From an uncultured bacterium (GTDB taxonomy: Bacteria > Myxococcota_A > UBA796 > CAJQPC01): a DNA stretch of 64,000 nucleotides. Below are positions 44,201 through 52,995 of this stretch, in pieces; the first letter of the stretch is position 1; the number at the start of each line of letters is the position of its first letter. Where the stretch lies: NCBI GenBank assembly GCA_905480105.1, contig CAJQPC010000145.1, forward strand, positions 7,234-71,233, read 5' to 3'. The position numbers and the translations under genes are program-made. The notes beneath the pieces were generated by a model that saw only the letters and a list, made by a program, of their open reading frames with translations, ran no database searches and was not told where the DNA came from.

Positions 44201-44725
44201 CTACTCCTCGGAGTCCAGGGTCAGCAGAGCGTCCCGTAGCTCCTCGTAGTCACCGTTCTTTCCCAGGTCGTACAGGGTCAGGTTGAACACGCCGGCGATC
44301 TTGCCGCTGGGGTCCACCAAGACCACATCCCGGTAAGAGACACTCCACTGTGCCCACACCGTCTGCTCTTCGGTGTCTTGAAGCCAGGGCAGTTCTCGCC
44401 CTTGGGTGAAGCCCTCGTTTCCGCTGTCAAAGCCCACCTCGTTCACACCGATGATGGCGATGGAGTCGGGAAGCTCGGCTTGCATCTGATCCAGGTAGCC
44501 AAACTGGCTACTGCAGTAGGGTCACGTCGCGTGTCCGAAGTACCAAGCGGAGACCCGGTCCAAATACTGGGAGGGGCCCACCAAGCTCTCGAAGCTCTCG
44601 CTGGTGGTGTTGACGTCCTCCAGCTCAAAGTCTGGCGCCTCTGCGCGGTCTCCCAGGGGCGACGTCAGCAGGGACGCCAGGGGATCGGAGCTGGGGGAAC
44701 TACAGGCCAAAGTCAGCAAAAGCAT
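44201..44725 (-). CDS. TlpA/redoxin-like thiol:disulfide oxidoreductase lipoprotein, candidate selenoprotein (in-frame UGA at 44522-44524, U-P-Y-C motif)
   Basis: ORFs 44522..44725 and 44201..44485 are in the same frame, separated only by TGA. Read-through gives MLLLTLACSS...APDFELEDVN...VSAWYFGHAT-U-PYCSSQFGYLDQMQAEL..IAIIGVN..., a complete thioredoxin fold with U at the first Cys of CxxC. Confidence 0.7.
44492..44513 (-). promoter_or_regulatory. candidate bacterial SECIS hairpin
   Basis: mRNA CAGUAGCC-AGUUU-GGCUAC(C)UG starts 9 nt after the UGA. 8 bp with one bulged C. 5-nt loop containing GU. Loop G lies about 18 nt from the UGA. Confidence 0.55.
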
Positions 44726-44734
44726 GGGGGTCCT

Positions 44735-45493
44735 TTAATCTAAACGGTCAAAGAAGTCTCTGAGCAGGGAGCCGTCCCAGCTCTCGTCCGGGCCGTGGCC
44801 CATGCCCTCGACCACGTTCAGAGTGCTCTCTAAGCCCAGGCCTTCCATTCGGGTCTGGGCATCGCGTGCAGCGTCTACCCATCCGGCGTCCTCCGAGCCG
44901 GCCACGTGATGGACCGGGACGCACTCCAGCGATGCGAGTAGGGCTTCATCCGTCTCCTCTCCGAAGGTACCCGGTAGGCCGGTCAGGCTGCGGAAAGGCG
45001 CTGGGGTGTCCACGGCCAGGGGATAAGCAATGCGGCCGCCGGATGAGTGACCAACCAGGTGTACCTGCGTGCTGTCGTGATCGAAGCACCCCTGGAAGGC
45101 GGCCAAGCTGTCCAGGGCCACTTGGGCTCGGTCGCTGCCCGCGCCGCTGGTGTGAGGGACGATGACCCAGGTGTTTTCTACCTCGGGCATTTTGGCCAGC
45201 CACTGAAAGTAGTTGTTCGTTGCGCTGCCGATGTCGGCAGGTCCTCCGGGCAGGAAGACGATCACGGGCAGAATCTGGGTGGGTTCTACGGGGACGCTGA
45301 GCAAGTAGCTTCCCTGGGTTCCGTCGATCTCCAGCAGACCCTCCTCTAACTCGGGGCAGGTGTCTAAGGGTTCAGTGGCCAGTGGAAGCGGCTCAGGGCA
45401 GCCCTCATCGATCACGCTGGTGTCATTTGTGGCGTCTGGGGTGTCGTTGGGCTCGGCGGGGCCTGCGGTACAGGCCAGGAGTAGAAGCAGCAT
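44735..45493 (-). CDS. alpha/beta-hydrolase (esterase) lipoprotein
   Basis: Internal ATG at 45493 gives MLLLLLACTAG. Nucleophile elbow VHLVGHSSGG. Its stop lies 9 nt upstream of the redoxin gene start. Confidence 0.7.
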   Translation of the reverse strand: MLLLLLACTAGPAEPNDTPDATNDTSVIDEGCPEPLPLATEPLDTCPELEEGLLEIDGTQGSYLLSVPVEPTQILPVIVFLPGGPADIGSATNNYFQWLAKMPEVENTWVIVPHTSGAGSDRAQVALDSLAAFQGCFDHDSTQVHLVGHSSGGRIAYPLAVDTPAPFRSLTGLPGTFGEETDEALLASLECVPVHHVAGSEDAGWVDAARDAQTRMEGLGLESTLNVVEGMGHGPDESWDGSLLRDFFDRLD

Positions 45494-45522
45494 GTCCAAG
45501 GAGTAGCACCGGGGGTTAGCCT

Positions 45523-47172
45523 TTGCAGGTGAAACGCCTGCTCCCCTTGCTTCCTTGGCTGCTCGCACCCCTGGTGCAGCTCCCCTTTGCGTATGGGGCG
45601 GTGGTGCCGCCCGAAGGGTGGCGGGTGCTGGTGGAGTGCGTGGCATTCTGGGGACTGGGGCTCATTCAGCTGCGTTTTGCTCCGGAAGGGGTCGCCCGTT
45701 CGCCTCTGGTGCCAGCGGCCCTGCTGCTGCTGGGCGCGGCATGGCTGCACTTGCCTGCTGGCCTGGTGATGACCTTTGCTGCGGTGGTGGGCTTGGTGCT
45801 CCTGGGCGTGGTGGCGCTGCGTGTCTTGGAGCCGGTCTCCAGCTGGTGGGCGGGCCTACTGGTCCTGCTGCCTGCGGTCTTAGGTCAGCGCTTGGTGGTG
45901 CTCTCCGGCAGCCATGTGGGCGACCCAGTTGGGGAGCTGCGCAAAGAGTTGGTCGGGGCTGTGAGCCCCCGGATTCCTGCGACCAGCCAGGGACCCTTGA
46001 TTCTCTTGGTCACCGTGGACACGCTTCGTTGGGACAAGGCCCAGGACATGGAGAGCGTTCAGCGCATCGCAGCCGGAGGCGGGTATTGGCCGCGTGCGAT
46101 GGCGACCTCGAGCTGGACCTTGCCTAGTTTGGCTTCGCTGATGACAGGCGTGTCACCGGACGAGCATGGGGCCGGGGCTTCGGGCTTGGGGTACCGGTCG
46201 GTCAACGCCAATATTCCGCTATTGGCAGAGGAGCTGCGGGCTCAGGGCTACGCAACGGCAGCCTTTGGGGCGAACCCATTTGCCTCCAGTTCGACGGGTT
46301 TGGAGCGGGGGTTTGAGCTTTTCTTTCATGTGAATGAACGGGCTGCTCATCGCCTGACCTTTGCTGGGCGACCGGTGCACGCCGACAATTACTGGGCAGG
46401 AGAGGGGTTGGTGGATCGGGCGGTGGACTACCTGGTCGATGCCCCAGAGCAGGGTGCTTTTGTTTGGGTGCATCTGCTGGATGTGCACCTGCCGCACCGC
46501 CACGCCTCGAAACAGAGCTCGGTCTTGGGTTGGCGCCGCTCGGACTACCTGAACGCGGGCATCGTCAGTCCTCAGCAGCGCCAGGATACCCGCGTTGGCT
46601 ATGCCTCCGAGGTGGCCTACATCGACCATCAGGTTCTGCGCTTGTTGGATGCCTTGGCGGAGCGGGGATTGGAGGAGGATGCGGTGATCCTGTTCACTGC
46701 AGATCACGGCGAGGAGCTCTGGGACCACGGCGACTTTGAACATGGGCATTCTCACGCCGGCCAGGTCATTGATGTGCCCTTGGCCCTTCGGCACCCTGGC
46801 TTTGTGGGCACTGGGGAGGGAGTGGCCAGCTTGGTCGATGTGGCACCGACACTGCTGACGGCAGCAGGTTTGTCGCCTGTCGGGATTGACTTGGCGCAAG
46901 GTGTTCCCGCCGAGCGCATCGCAGTGGCTGTGGGCAACAAATACGTGGCCCATGCAGCCAGCGCGCGCCAAGGCACGCGCCGGGTGGTTCAGCCAGCCCA
47001 AGGGCAAGCGTGGTGGGTTGATCTGGCGGTGGACCCCCAAGGGCTGGACCGACAGGCGCCTCTGGCTTCGGACCCTTTGCTGAGAGCGCTGGGTCAGGTT
47101 CGTCTTGACCAAAGCGGAAAGGCAGCCAAGGTGGAGCTAGAGGCGCTTCGAGCGCTCGGATACGTAGAATAG
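45523..47172 (+). CDS. membrane-anchored sulfatase/alkaline-phosphatase-superfamily protein
   Basis: N-terminal TM helices. LILLVTVDTLRWDK metal-site motif. SSWTLPSLASLMTG (Thr/Ser nucleophile context). TADHGEELWDHG. Confidence 0.75.
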   Translation: MQVKRLLPLLPWLLAPLVQLPFAYGAVVPPEGWRVLVECVAFWGLGLIQLRFAPEGVARSPLVPAALLLLGAAWLHLPAGLVMTFAAVVGLVLLGVVALRVLEPVSSWWAGLLVLLPAVLGQRLVVLSGSHVGDPVGELRKELVGAVSPRIPATSQGPLILLVTVDTLRWDKAQDMESVQRIAAGGGYWPRAMATSSWTLPSLASLMTGVSPDEHGAGASGLGYRSVNANIPLLAEELRAQGYATAAFGANPFASSSTGLERGFELFFHVNERAAHRLTFAGRPVHADNYWAGEGLVDRAVDYLVDAPEQGAFVWVHLLDVHLPHRHASKQSSVLGWRRSDYLNAGIVSPQQRQDTRVGYASEVAYIDHQVLRLLDALAERGLEEDAVILFTADHGEELWDHGDFEHGHSHAGQVIDVPLALRHPGFVGTGEGVASLVDVAPTLLTAAGLSPVGIDLAQGVPAERIAVAVGNKYVAHAASARQGTRRVVQPAQGQAWWVDLAVDPQGLDRQAPLASDPLLRALGQVRLDQSGKAAKVELEALRALGYVE

Positions 47173-47182
47173 TAAGCGGCTT

Positions 47183-48154
47183 TCAGCCGCGCTGATGAGT
47201 CGGTCGCTGGTGGCTCCTTTCGACCTTGGAGTTCTCTTCTCGGCGGGTCAGGTAGGCGGTCTGTAGACAGCGGACCACATCCAGCTCGCCGTAGTAGGCC
47301 GCATCGCAGGACTGCACCATTGGGCCGGCGCTCCAGACACCCACCGCGTGCTCAACGCATGAGAGCTGGTGGATGCTGCTGTACAAGGCATCGTCACAAG
47401 CCTGGATGGTGGCCTGCATGTGTGCGATGGGAGGGGCTGCGTGACGGGTGCTGGCCTGGGCCGAGGCTTGGATGCAGCGCTGGGTGTTGGTGTCGTCGTA
47501 GAAGGCATCATCGCAGGCTTGGATCAGTGGAGAGATGTCCTGGGACAGGGGGGCGGCCTGTAGGCAAGCCAACTGCTGGGACTCTCCAAAAAAGGCGTCA
47601 TCGCAGGCATAGATCATGGGAGCCGGATTCACTCGAAAGTCCTGGCCCGCGACCACACACGCCAGGTCCATGCCGGCGCTGTAGAACGTATCGTCGCAGG
47701 CGCTGATAACGCTGGCCAAGTAGCTGACTGGCTGTTGCCCAGGTTCGCTTTGCCTGTGTCCGCTCTGACCCTGTTGGCCGTGGCCGCTGGCATGGCCCTT
47801 GCCGCGCTGGGTGGCTGCTTGCCGAATGACCATGCGATCAGCACCGTTTGTGGAGCGGACCATCCACGCCCCACGTAGCGCGAAGAGCTGCACGGAGATG
47901 GCTTGTTTGCCTTGCGGTTCTTCGGGCAGTTGGATGGTCCCACTGGCGTTGTTTAGCGGCGCGCTCCAGAGCAATTCTTGGCCCTGGAATACCGCAAGGG
48001 TGGCAGGGGCATCGCGCACCACAAGTCCCTGCCAGCTGGTGCTGTCCATTGCGTAGCGCAGCTTGGTTCCTTCGAGGTTGGCGTGGGTCAGGGTCAGGTC
48101 GCCTTGGGGAACGCCGGCCAGGGAAACTGCGGTGAGTGCTGCGATGTACATCAT
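47183..48154 (-). CDS. secreted protein with five tandem CDDAFY...C repeats
   Basis: ATGATG at 48154 after AGGAGG. Signal-like MMYIAALTAVSLAG. C-terminal half has five repeats of 30-39 aa with consensus (I/V)xxCDDAFYx6-7(L/Q)xC. Confidence 0.65.
   Translation of the reverse strand: MMYIAALTAVSLAGVPQGDLTLTHANLEGTKLRYAMDSTSWQGLVVRDAPATLAVFQGQELLWSAPLNNASGTIQLPEEPQGKQAISVQLFALRGAWMVRSTNGADRMVIRQAATQRGKGHASGHGQQGQSGHRQSEPGQQPVSYLASVISACDDTFYSAGMDLACVVAGQDFRVNPAPMIYACDDAFFGESQQLACLQAAPLSQDISPLIQACDDAFYDDTNTQRCIQASAQASTRHAAPPIAHMQATIQACDDALYSSIHQLSCVEHAVGVWSAGPMVQSCDAAYYGELDVVRCLQTAYLTRREENSKVERSHQRPTHQRG
47255..47710 (-). repeat. five tandem protein-level repeats (CDDAFY-type) inside the CDS
   Basis: The five repeats are VISACDDTFYSAGMDLACV, IYACDDAFFGESQQLACLQ, IQACDDAFYDDTNTQRCIQ, IQACDDALYSSIHQLSCVE and VQSCDAAYYGELDVVRCLQ. 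Confidence 0.7.
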
Positions 48155-48309
48155 GTCTTTCCTCCTTCTGTTCCGTGGACGGACTGGGCTCCTCGCTCTT
48201 CGTTTGGGTGACAAGTCTCGACGAAACGGGACAGTTTTCTGGACCCATTACGCGAAGGCCGACGTGACCAGCGAGCCCCTACCGGGCCTGCTCGCGTTAC
48301 ATCGCCCCC

Positions 48310-49146
48310 ATGACCGCACTGCCCAATCTGCACCCGAACGCCCGGGTGGATCTCCACATGCACAGCGACCGGTCCGACGGTCGATTTTCCCCCGAGCATG
48401 TGCTCAAGCTGGCCGGCGAATCGGGCTTGGATGTGATCGCGTTGACGGATCATGACCTGCCAGCACAGCTCCCAGAGGGCCCACAGCAGGTGGCTGGGAA
48501 CAGGGTCCACGTCCTGCACGCGGTCGAGGTCAGTGGGTGGCACGGCGACCAAGAGCTGCACTTGCTGGTCTACTTTCCTGGCGCCATGCCTGAAGATTTT
48601 CGGCTCTTCTGCACCGAGTTGGCCAAGCATCGGGCGGATCGCTACGAGCGCGCCCTTGAGAACTTGGCCCTGGAAGGGGTGACGCCGCCGGACCAAGCCA
48701 GCCGCGACGGAGAGCGTGCGATCACGCGCCTGCACCTGGCTCAAGCCCTTGTCGACGCAGGCCACGCCGATAACCTGCGCCAAGCCTTTGGAAAGTGGGT
48801 GGGCAACCACACCGCCAAGGTGCCCCACGTGACCCTGTCCATGGCCGATGCCATCGCACGCGCGCGGGAGGCGGGCGGCCTGACCTCGTGGGCCCATCCT
48901 TCTCTGGATCAGGCGCGGGCCTATCTACCAGAGCTTGTGGAGCTGGGCGTGCAGGGGGTCGAGGTCTTCCGTCCGCGAGTGGGCTCCAAGACCCGACGCG
49001 AGTTGGGGCGTTTCTCCCGGAAGAACAGCATTGTCGCCACCGGTGGATCGGACTGGCATGGCTGGTACCGCCACGAGTTGGGGGAGTTCAGCGTTCAGGC
49101 GCAGCAGCTGGGCGGTTTCTTCCAGGCGCTGAAAGCTTTGGCTTAG
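48310..49146 (+). CDS. PHP-domain metal-dependent phosphoesterase (TrpH/YciV-like)
   Basis: VDLHMHSDRSDGRFSPEHVLKLAGESGLDVIALTDHD, plus C-terminal GGSDWHG. Confidence 0.85.
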   Translation: MTALPNLHPNARVDLHMHSDRSDGRFSPEHVLKLAGESGLDVIALTDHDLPAQLPEGPQQVAGNRVHVLHAVEVSGWHGDQELHLLVYFPGAMPEDFRLFCTELAKHRADRYERALENLALEGVTPPDQASRDGERAITRLHLAQALVDAGHADNLRQAFGKWVGNHTAKVPHVTLSMADAIARAREAGGLTSWAHPSLDQARAYLPELVELGVQGVEVFRPRVGSKTRRELGRFSRKNSIVATGGSDWHGWYRHELGEFSVQAQQLGGFFQALKALA

Positions 49147-49224
49147 GGGCGGACTCCTTGGGCGGGACGCTTCTATTTCCCAGCTCTTGAGCTGGCGGAG
49201 CTGTTGAGCAACAGCCCATAGGAA

Positions 49225-49254
49225 ACGGCGCTGAGGATTGCTCCTGAGCGCCGT
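49225..49254. terminator. candidate bidirectional intrinsic terminator hairpin
   Basis: ACGGCGCTGAGGA-TTGC-TCCTGAGCGCCGT (12 of 13 bp paired) between convergent genes. A short U-run follows on the minus-strand transcript (UUUCCUAU). Confidence 0.4.
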
Positions 49255-49284
49255 CCGTATTCTCAAGCCGTGGGGCCTGTAGAA

Positions 49285-49593
49285 TTATCCCAGCAGGGTC
49301 TGCAGCTGCGTGGCCAAGCCCAAGTTGTCGGCGGTCAGCTTGCCGGTCATGAAGAGCTGCATGGCCATGGAGGGGTTGTCGAGGAGTGCCTCGAAGTCGT
49401 CCTTGTTCACGTTGATGGTGCAGTCTGCGCCATCGGCTGCGCCCTCGGCCACTGCGCCTGCCGCAAGGTCGATGGTGTAGCTGGTGCCGCCGTCGATGTT
49501 GAACGCGAAGCTCGCGCCGATGTCCTTGACTGCGGGCTCGTTCTCGATCTTGGCGGGGATGGTCTTGGTGAAGAATTCAACGTGGTCAGCCAT
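49285..49593 (-). CDS. SCP2 sterol-binding-domain protein
   Basis: 102 aa. ...FAFNIDGGTSYTIDL...MQLFMTGKLTADNLGLATQL matches the SCP2 C-terminal signature. Confidence 0.75.
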   Translation of the reverse strand: MADHVEFFTKTIPAKIENEPAVKDIGASFAFNIDGGTSYTIDLAAGAVAEGAADGADCTINVNKDDFEALLDNPSMAMQLFMTGKLTADNLGLATQLQTLLG

Positions 49594-49678
49594 GGGTCAC
49601 TCCGAAGGAAGGGGTCAAGGGGGAGTCTGAATACTCATTCAGTTGCCCCTAGGGCCTAACGCCCAGGGGGATGGGTTG

Positions 49679-51301
49679 CTACAGCTTGCGGCGCATCAGC
49701 CAGGTGGTGAGCGCGCCGGCGACGGCCAGACCAGGGAAGAGCAGCATCGCCAGCAGGACCGAGAGCACCAACTGGGCAACACTGGCGTTGAGTTGGCCTC
49801 CCTTGGCCTGGTTCGCGCGGATGGCGATCTGGTCTTCTTCGCCGACCAACCAAGCCACAGCGTTCATGAACAGGTCCAAGTTCTGACCATTGATCAAGAG
49901 CTTGTTGCTGGCAAAGTCCGAGTCCCCAAAGACGATGACTCGGCCGCCAGCGGCGGGGGTGGGCTGGTTGCTCAGTCCGTCTCCGATTGCGATGACGCTG
50001 GGGTCGGTGATCTCCGCCAGCGCGATGACACCGATGGACCCGATGCGATCGGATTCGTCGGCGGCCAGCTCGCTGCTCAAGGCCAGCATGGGGTCGCTCT
50101 CAGCCCAGGACTCCGGTGTGGTGCGGGCCAAGACTTGGGCGTTGATGCCCTGGGGAGCGTTGGGGTCAACCTCCACCGACCGGGCCAGCTCCATGAGCAC
50201 AAAGCCGTTGAGCTCGTTGACCACCGGGTGGTAGTCAAAGGACTCCGGCAGCAGCATGACCATCGAGGCGTCCAGCCCGGCTTGAAGGAACTGAGGGTCC
50301 GCCTCGATCACCAGGTCTTCGCCGACGGTAATGCCGTATCTGGCCATGTCCCTGGCGAGCATTGGGGTCGCTGCACCCACTGCGCCGTCTACCAGTCCAA
50401 AGGGCTCCAGCAGCACCATCAGGGCACCACCTTCGGCCACATACGCCGCCAGAACCTCGAGCTCGATGGGCAAGAAGTCCTGGGAAGGACCGGCCACCAA
50501 GACGACCTCGCAGTCAGGGGGCACGGCGCGTTGTTGGAAGGGGGAGAAGTTCCGGGCCGTGTAGTTTCCACCTTCGGCCTTGATGATCACGCCACCAAAA
50601 CCCATTTCATCCATGTCGTTGTCCAGCTCGCGCTCGCCGTGGCCGTTGGTAAAGCAGAGAATGTGCTCCTGGCCAGCGGTGAGGTTGATCAGAGCGTTGG
50701 TGAGGGCCTCCTCGCCAAAGTCGGTCTCTAGGCGGCGGCTCTTGTCGCCCATCTCCAGAATCACGGTGCCGTAGCGGGAGGTGATGCCGTTGGATTGAGC
50801 GAGCATGGGCTCCGCGTCGGGATCGATCATCTCTAGCTCCAGCATCGGACTGTGCTGGGCATAGCTATTGAATCGCTCCTCAAACGAGGCCCCGACGTCA
50901 TCGGCTTCCAAAGCAAAAAAACCGCTGACCTTGATGGGCTGGGTCAGGCCTTGGGCCACCTTGATGGACTGTTCGCTCAGGGTGAAAGTGCCTGAAGAGG
51001 TCACATCCCAGCGCTGGTCGTAGCGCTTGGCCAGCACATTGGCGGCGATGGCGATGCCCAGGGCGATGATGACGAGCAGGACTGCACCGCCGGCCAGGGA
51101 GGTGTTCTTAGCCTTGGCCACGGTGGATAGGTCGTCGCGGTCCAGCCAGAGGTACGCGATGAGCAGGGCGGCGCCGATGCCGCCCACCACGCCAAAGGCG
51201 GTCTGGATCTCTTGCAGGGCTGCGTAGGAACCCAGGAAGGTGAGCACCAAGGCGCCACCCAAAAGACCCAGGATCCAAGCGTATTTTTGAAGCTTGTTCA
51301 T
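49679..51301 (-). CDS. GldG-like ABC-transport auxiliary protein
   Basis: N-terminal TM helices, then RWDVTSSGTFTLSEQSIKVAQGLTQPIKVSGFF. C-terminal TM anchor. Downstream of the ABC-2 permease. Confidence 0.7.
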   Translation of the reverse strand: MNKLQKYAWILGLLGGALVLTFLGSYAALQEIQTAFGVVGGIGAALLIAYLWLDRDDLSTVAKAKNTSLAGGAVLLVIIALGIAIAANVLAKRYDQRWDVTSSGTFTLSEQSIKVAQGLTQPIKVSGFFALEADDVGASFEERFNSYAQHSPMLELEMIDPDAEPMLAQSNGITSRYGTVILEMGDKSRRLETDFGEEALTNALINLTAGQEHILCFTNGHGERELDNDMDEMGFGGVIIKAEGGNYTARNFSPFQQRAVPPDCEVVLVAGPSQDFLPIELEVLAAYVAEGGALMVLLEPFGLVDGAVGAATPMLARDMARYGITVGEDLVIEADPQFLQAGLDASMVMLLPESFDYHPVVNELNGFVLMELARSVEVDPNAPQGINAQVLARTTPESWAESDPMLALSSELAADESDRIGSIGVIALAEITDPSVIAIGDGLSNQPTPAAGGRVIVFGDSDFASNKLLINGQNLDLFMNAVAWLVGEEDQIAIRANQAKGGQLNASVAQLVLSVLLAMLLFPGLAVAGALTTWLMRRKL

Positions 51302-51307
51302 GCTGAA

Positions 51308-52093
51308 CTATCTCCACCGGTAGGCTTCGACACGCTGGTGCGTGACGAAGAGGAAGAAAGCGACGAAGCTGCCGAAGTAGACCAGATCCTTGGTGTGGAT
51401 CAGGCCCTTCTGCATGTCTTCCGTCCGGTTGACCAGGGAGACAAAGGACAGGACATCCTTGAGGCTCCCTTGGAATCCGGTGGAGCCCAAGCTGCCCTCG
51501 GCCCAGCCCAAGAGCCAGAACATGAGCAGGATCCCAAAGGCCAGGATCATGGCCACCATCTGGTTCTCGGTGAAGCTGCTCGCCATCAGACCGACCGCCA
51601 TGAAACAGGCGGTCATCATGGTCCAGCTCAGGTAGCAGCTGGCCATGATTCCAGGGTCGGGGTCGCCCATCCAGAAGAGCAGAGTGGGGTAATGCAGAGT
51701 GCCCAAGAAGAGCACCAGCACAAAACTTAGAGCGCCCAGGTACTTGCCGAGCACGATCTCCGCGGTGGAGATGGGGCTGGTCAGGAGCAGCTCCAGGGAT
51801 TTGGCTTTGCGGTCCTCTGAGAACAGCCGCATGGTCAGTGCGGGGCACAAGAAGAGCAGGATGATGTTTGCATTTCCAAAGAAAGGCGACACCAGGTACT
51901 CGTCGACGTTCATCTCTGCTGGGCCGTATGGGTCAAAGCCCATGGTGGCGGCCTGTTCGGAGTAAAAACCAAGGAATATCGTGAAGAAAAAGCCGGTGAG
52001 CAAGATGTACCCGCACAAACTCAGCCAGCCCACAGGGGTGGCGAAGTAGTTGCGCAGCTCTCGCTTGGCGATGGCCAGTATGTTGCCCATCAC
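51308..52093 (-). CDS. ABC-2 family permease (GldF-like)
   Basis: Six hydrophobic segments. ATGA overlap with the upstream ATPase gene. Confidence 0.75.
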   Translation of the reverse strand: MMGNILAIAKRELRNYFATPVGWLSLCGYILLTGFFFTIFLGFYSEQAATMGFDPYGPAEMNVDEYLVSPFFGNANIILLFLCPALTMRLFSEDRKAKSLELLLTSPISTAEIVLGKYLGALSFVLVLFLGTLHYPTLLFWMGDPDPGIMASCYLSWTMMTACFMAVGLMASSFTENQMVAMILAFGILLMFWLLGWAEGSLGSTGFQGSLKDVLSFVSLVNRTEDMQKGLIHTKDLVYFGSFVAFFLFVTHQRVEAYRWR

Positions 52094-52995
52094 GCCTCCG
52101 CTTGTTGGGTCAGGTGGAGGAAAATGTCTTCCAGGCTCTGGCGGCCGGAGAACTCCAGCAGGCCATAGGGCACGGCGGCGGCTGCCACTTGTTCACGGAT
52201 GTCACCGGGTTCGGTGAACAGGGAGATGGTGCCGGCCTCGCCAGGGGTGACCTTGAGAACTCCAGGGATGGCGCTCAGGGTGTCCAACAGCCCCTCGGGG
52301 CGGACAACGCTCAGGTTGATGGTGCGACCCCCCAAGACTTTGGTCAGCTCGCTGATCGGCCCTTGGCCCACCATCTTTCCGTTGTTGAGGATGACCACCC
52401 GTTCGCACATCGCCTCGATGTCGCCCAGCACGTGAGTGCTCAGGATTACTGTACGGTCTTCCTGAGCGAGTTCCTTGAGCAGGTCCCGGATCTCTACGCG
52501 CTGTGCGGGGTCGAGCCCCGAGTAGGGCTCGTCAAGGATCAGGACTTCGGGGTTGTGGACCAAGGCTTGGGCCACGCCGCATCTCTGACGAAAGCCCTTG
52601 GAGAGGTGGTCGATGATGCGGTGGGCCACTGGGGCCAAGCCGACCCGGTCGATGGTGGCCTCGGCTGCGCCGTTGATGTCGTCGACTCCCTTGAGACGTG
52701 CGGCGAAGCGCACGTAGTCCCGCACCTTCATGTCGGTGTATAGCGGAGGAACTTCGGGTAGATAGCCGATCCTCCTCTTCACCTCACGGGGGTTCTCGAA
52801 GACGTCCTGGCCGTCCAAAGTAACCCGGCCCTCGGTCGCCCCCAGGCTGCCTGCGATGATGCGCATTGTGGTGGTCTTACCGGCGCCGTTGGGGCCCAAA
52901 AAGCCAACGACTTCTCCCTTGGGCACCTGGAAGCTGAGCTCCTGTACCGCAGTTGTGGCGCCGTAGCGCTTGCTCAGTTTCTCGACCTTGATCAT
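52090..52995 (-). CDS. ABC transporter ATP-binding protein (GldA-like)
   Basis: Internal ATG at 52995 (MIKVEKLSKRYG). Walker A GPNGAGKTT, signature LSKGFRQRC, Walker B VLILDEP. Confidence 0.85.
   Translation of the reverse strand: MIKVEKLSKRYGATTAVQELSFQVPKGEVVGFLGPNGAGKTTTMRIIAGSLGATEGRVTLDGQDVFENPREVKRRIGYLPEVPPLYTDMKVRDYVRFAARLKGVDDINGAAEATIDRVGLAPVAHRIIDHLSKGFRQRCGVAQALVHNPEVLILDEPYSGLDPAQRVEIRDLLKELAQEDRTVILSTHVLGDIEAMCERVVILNNGKMVGQGPISELTKVLGGRTINLSVVRPEGLLDTLSAIPGVLKVTPGEAGTISLFTEPGDIREQVAAAAVPYGLLEFSGRQSLEDIFLHLTQQAEA

Noticed and set aside
44201-44725. Treating 44522..44725 and 44201..44485 as two separate small genes, or as a simple pseudogene.
   Set aside because: Same frame, a single TGA at the exact CxxC Cys column, an intact fold on both sides and a hairpin right after the TGA all favour Sec recoding. 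The pseudogene option remains the main alternative and is stated under would_refute.
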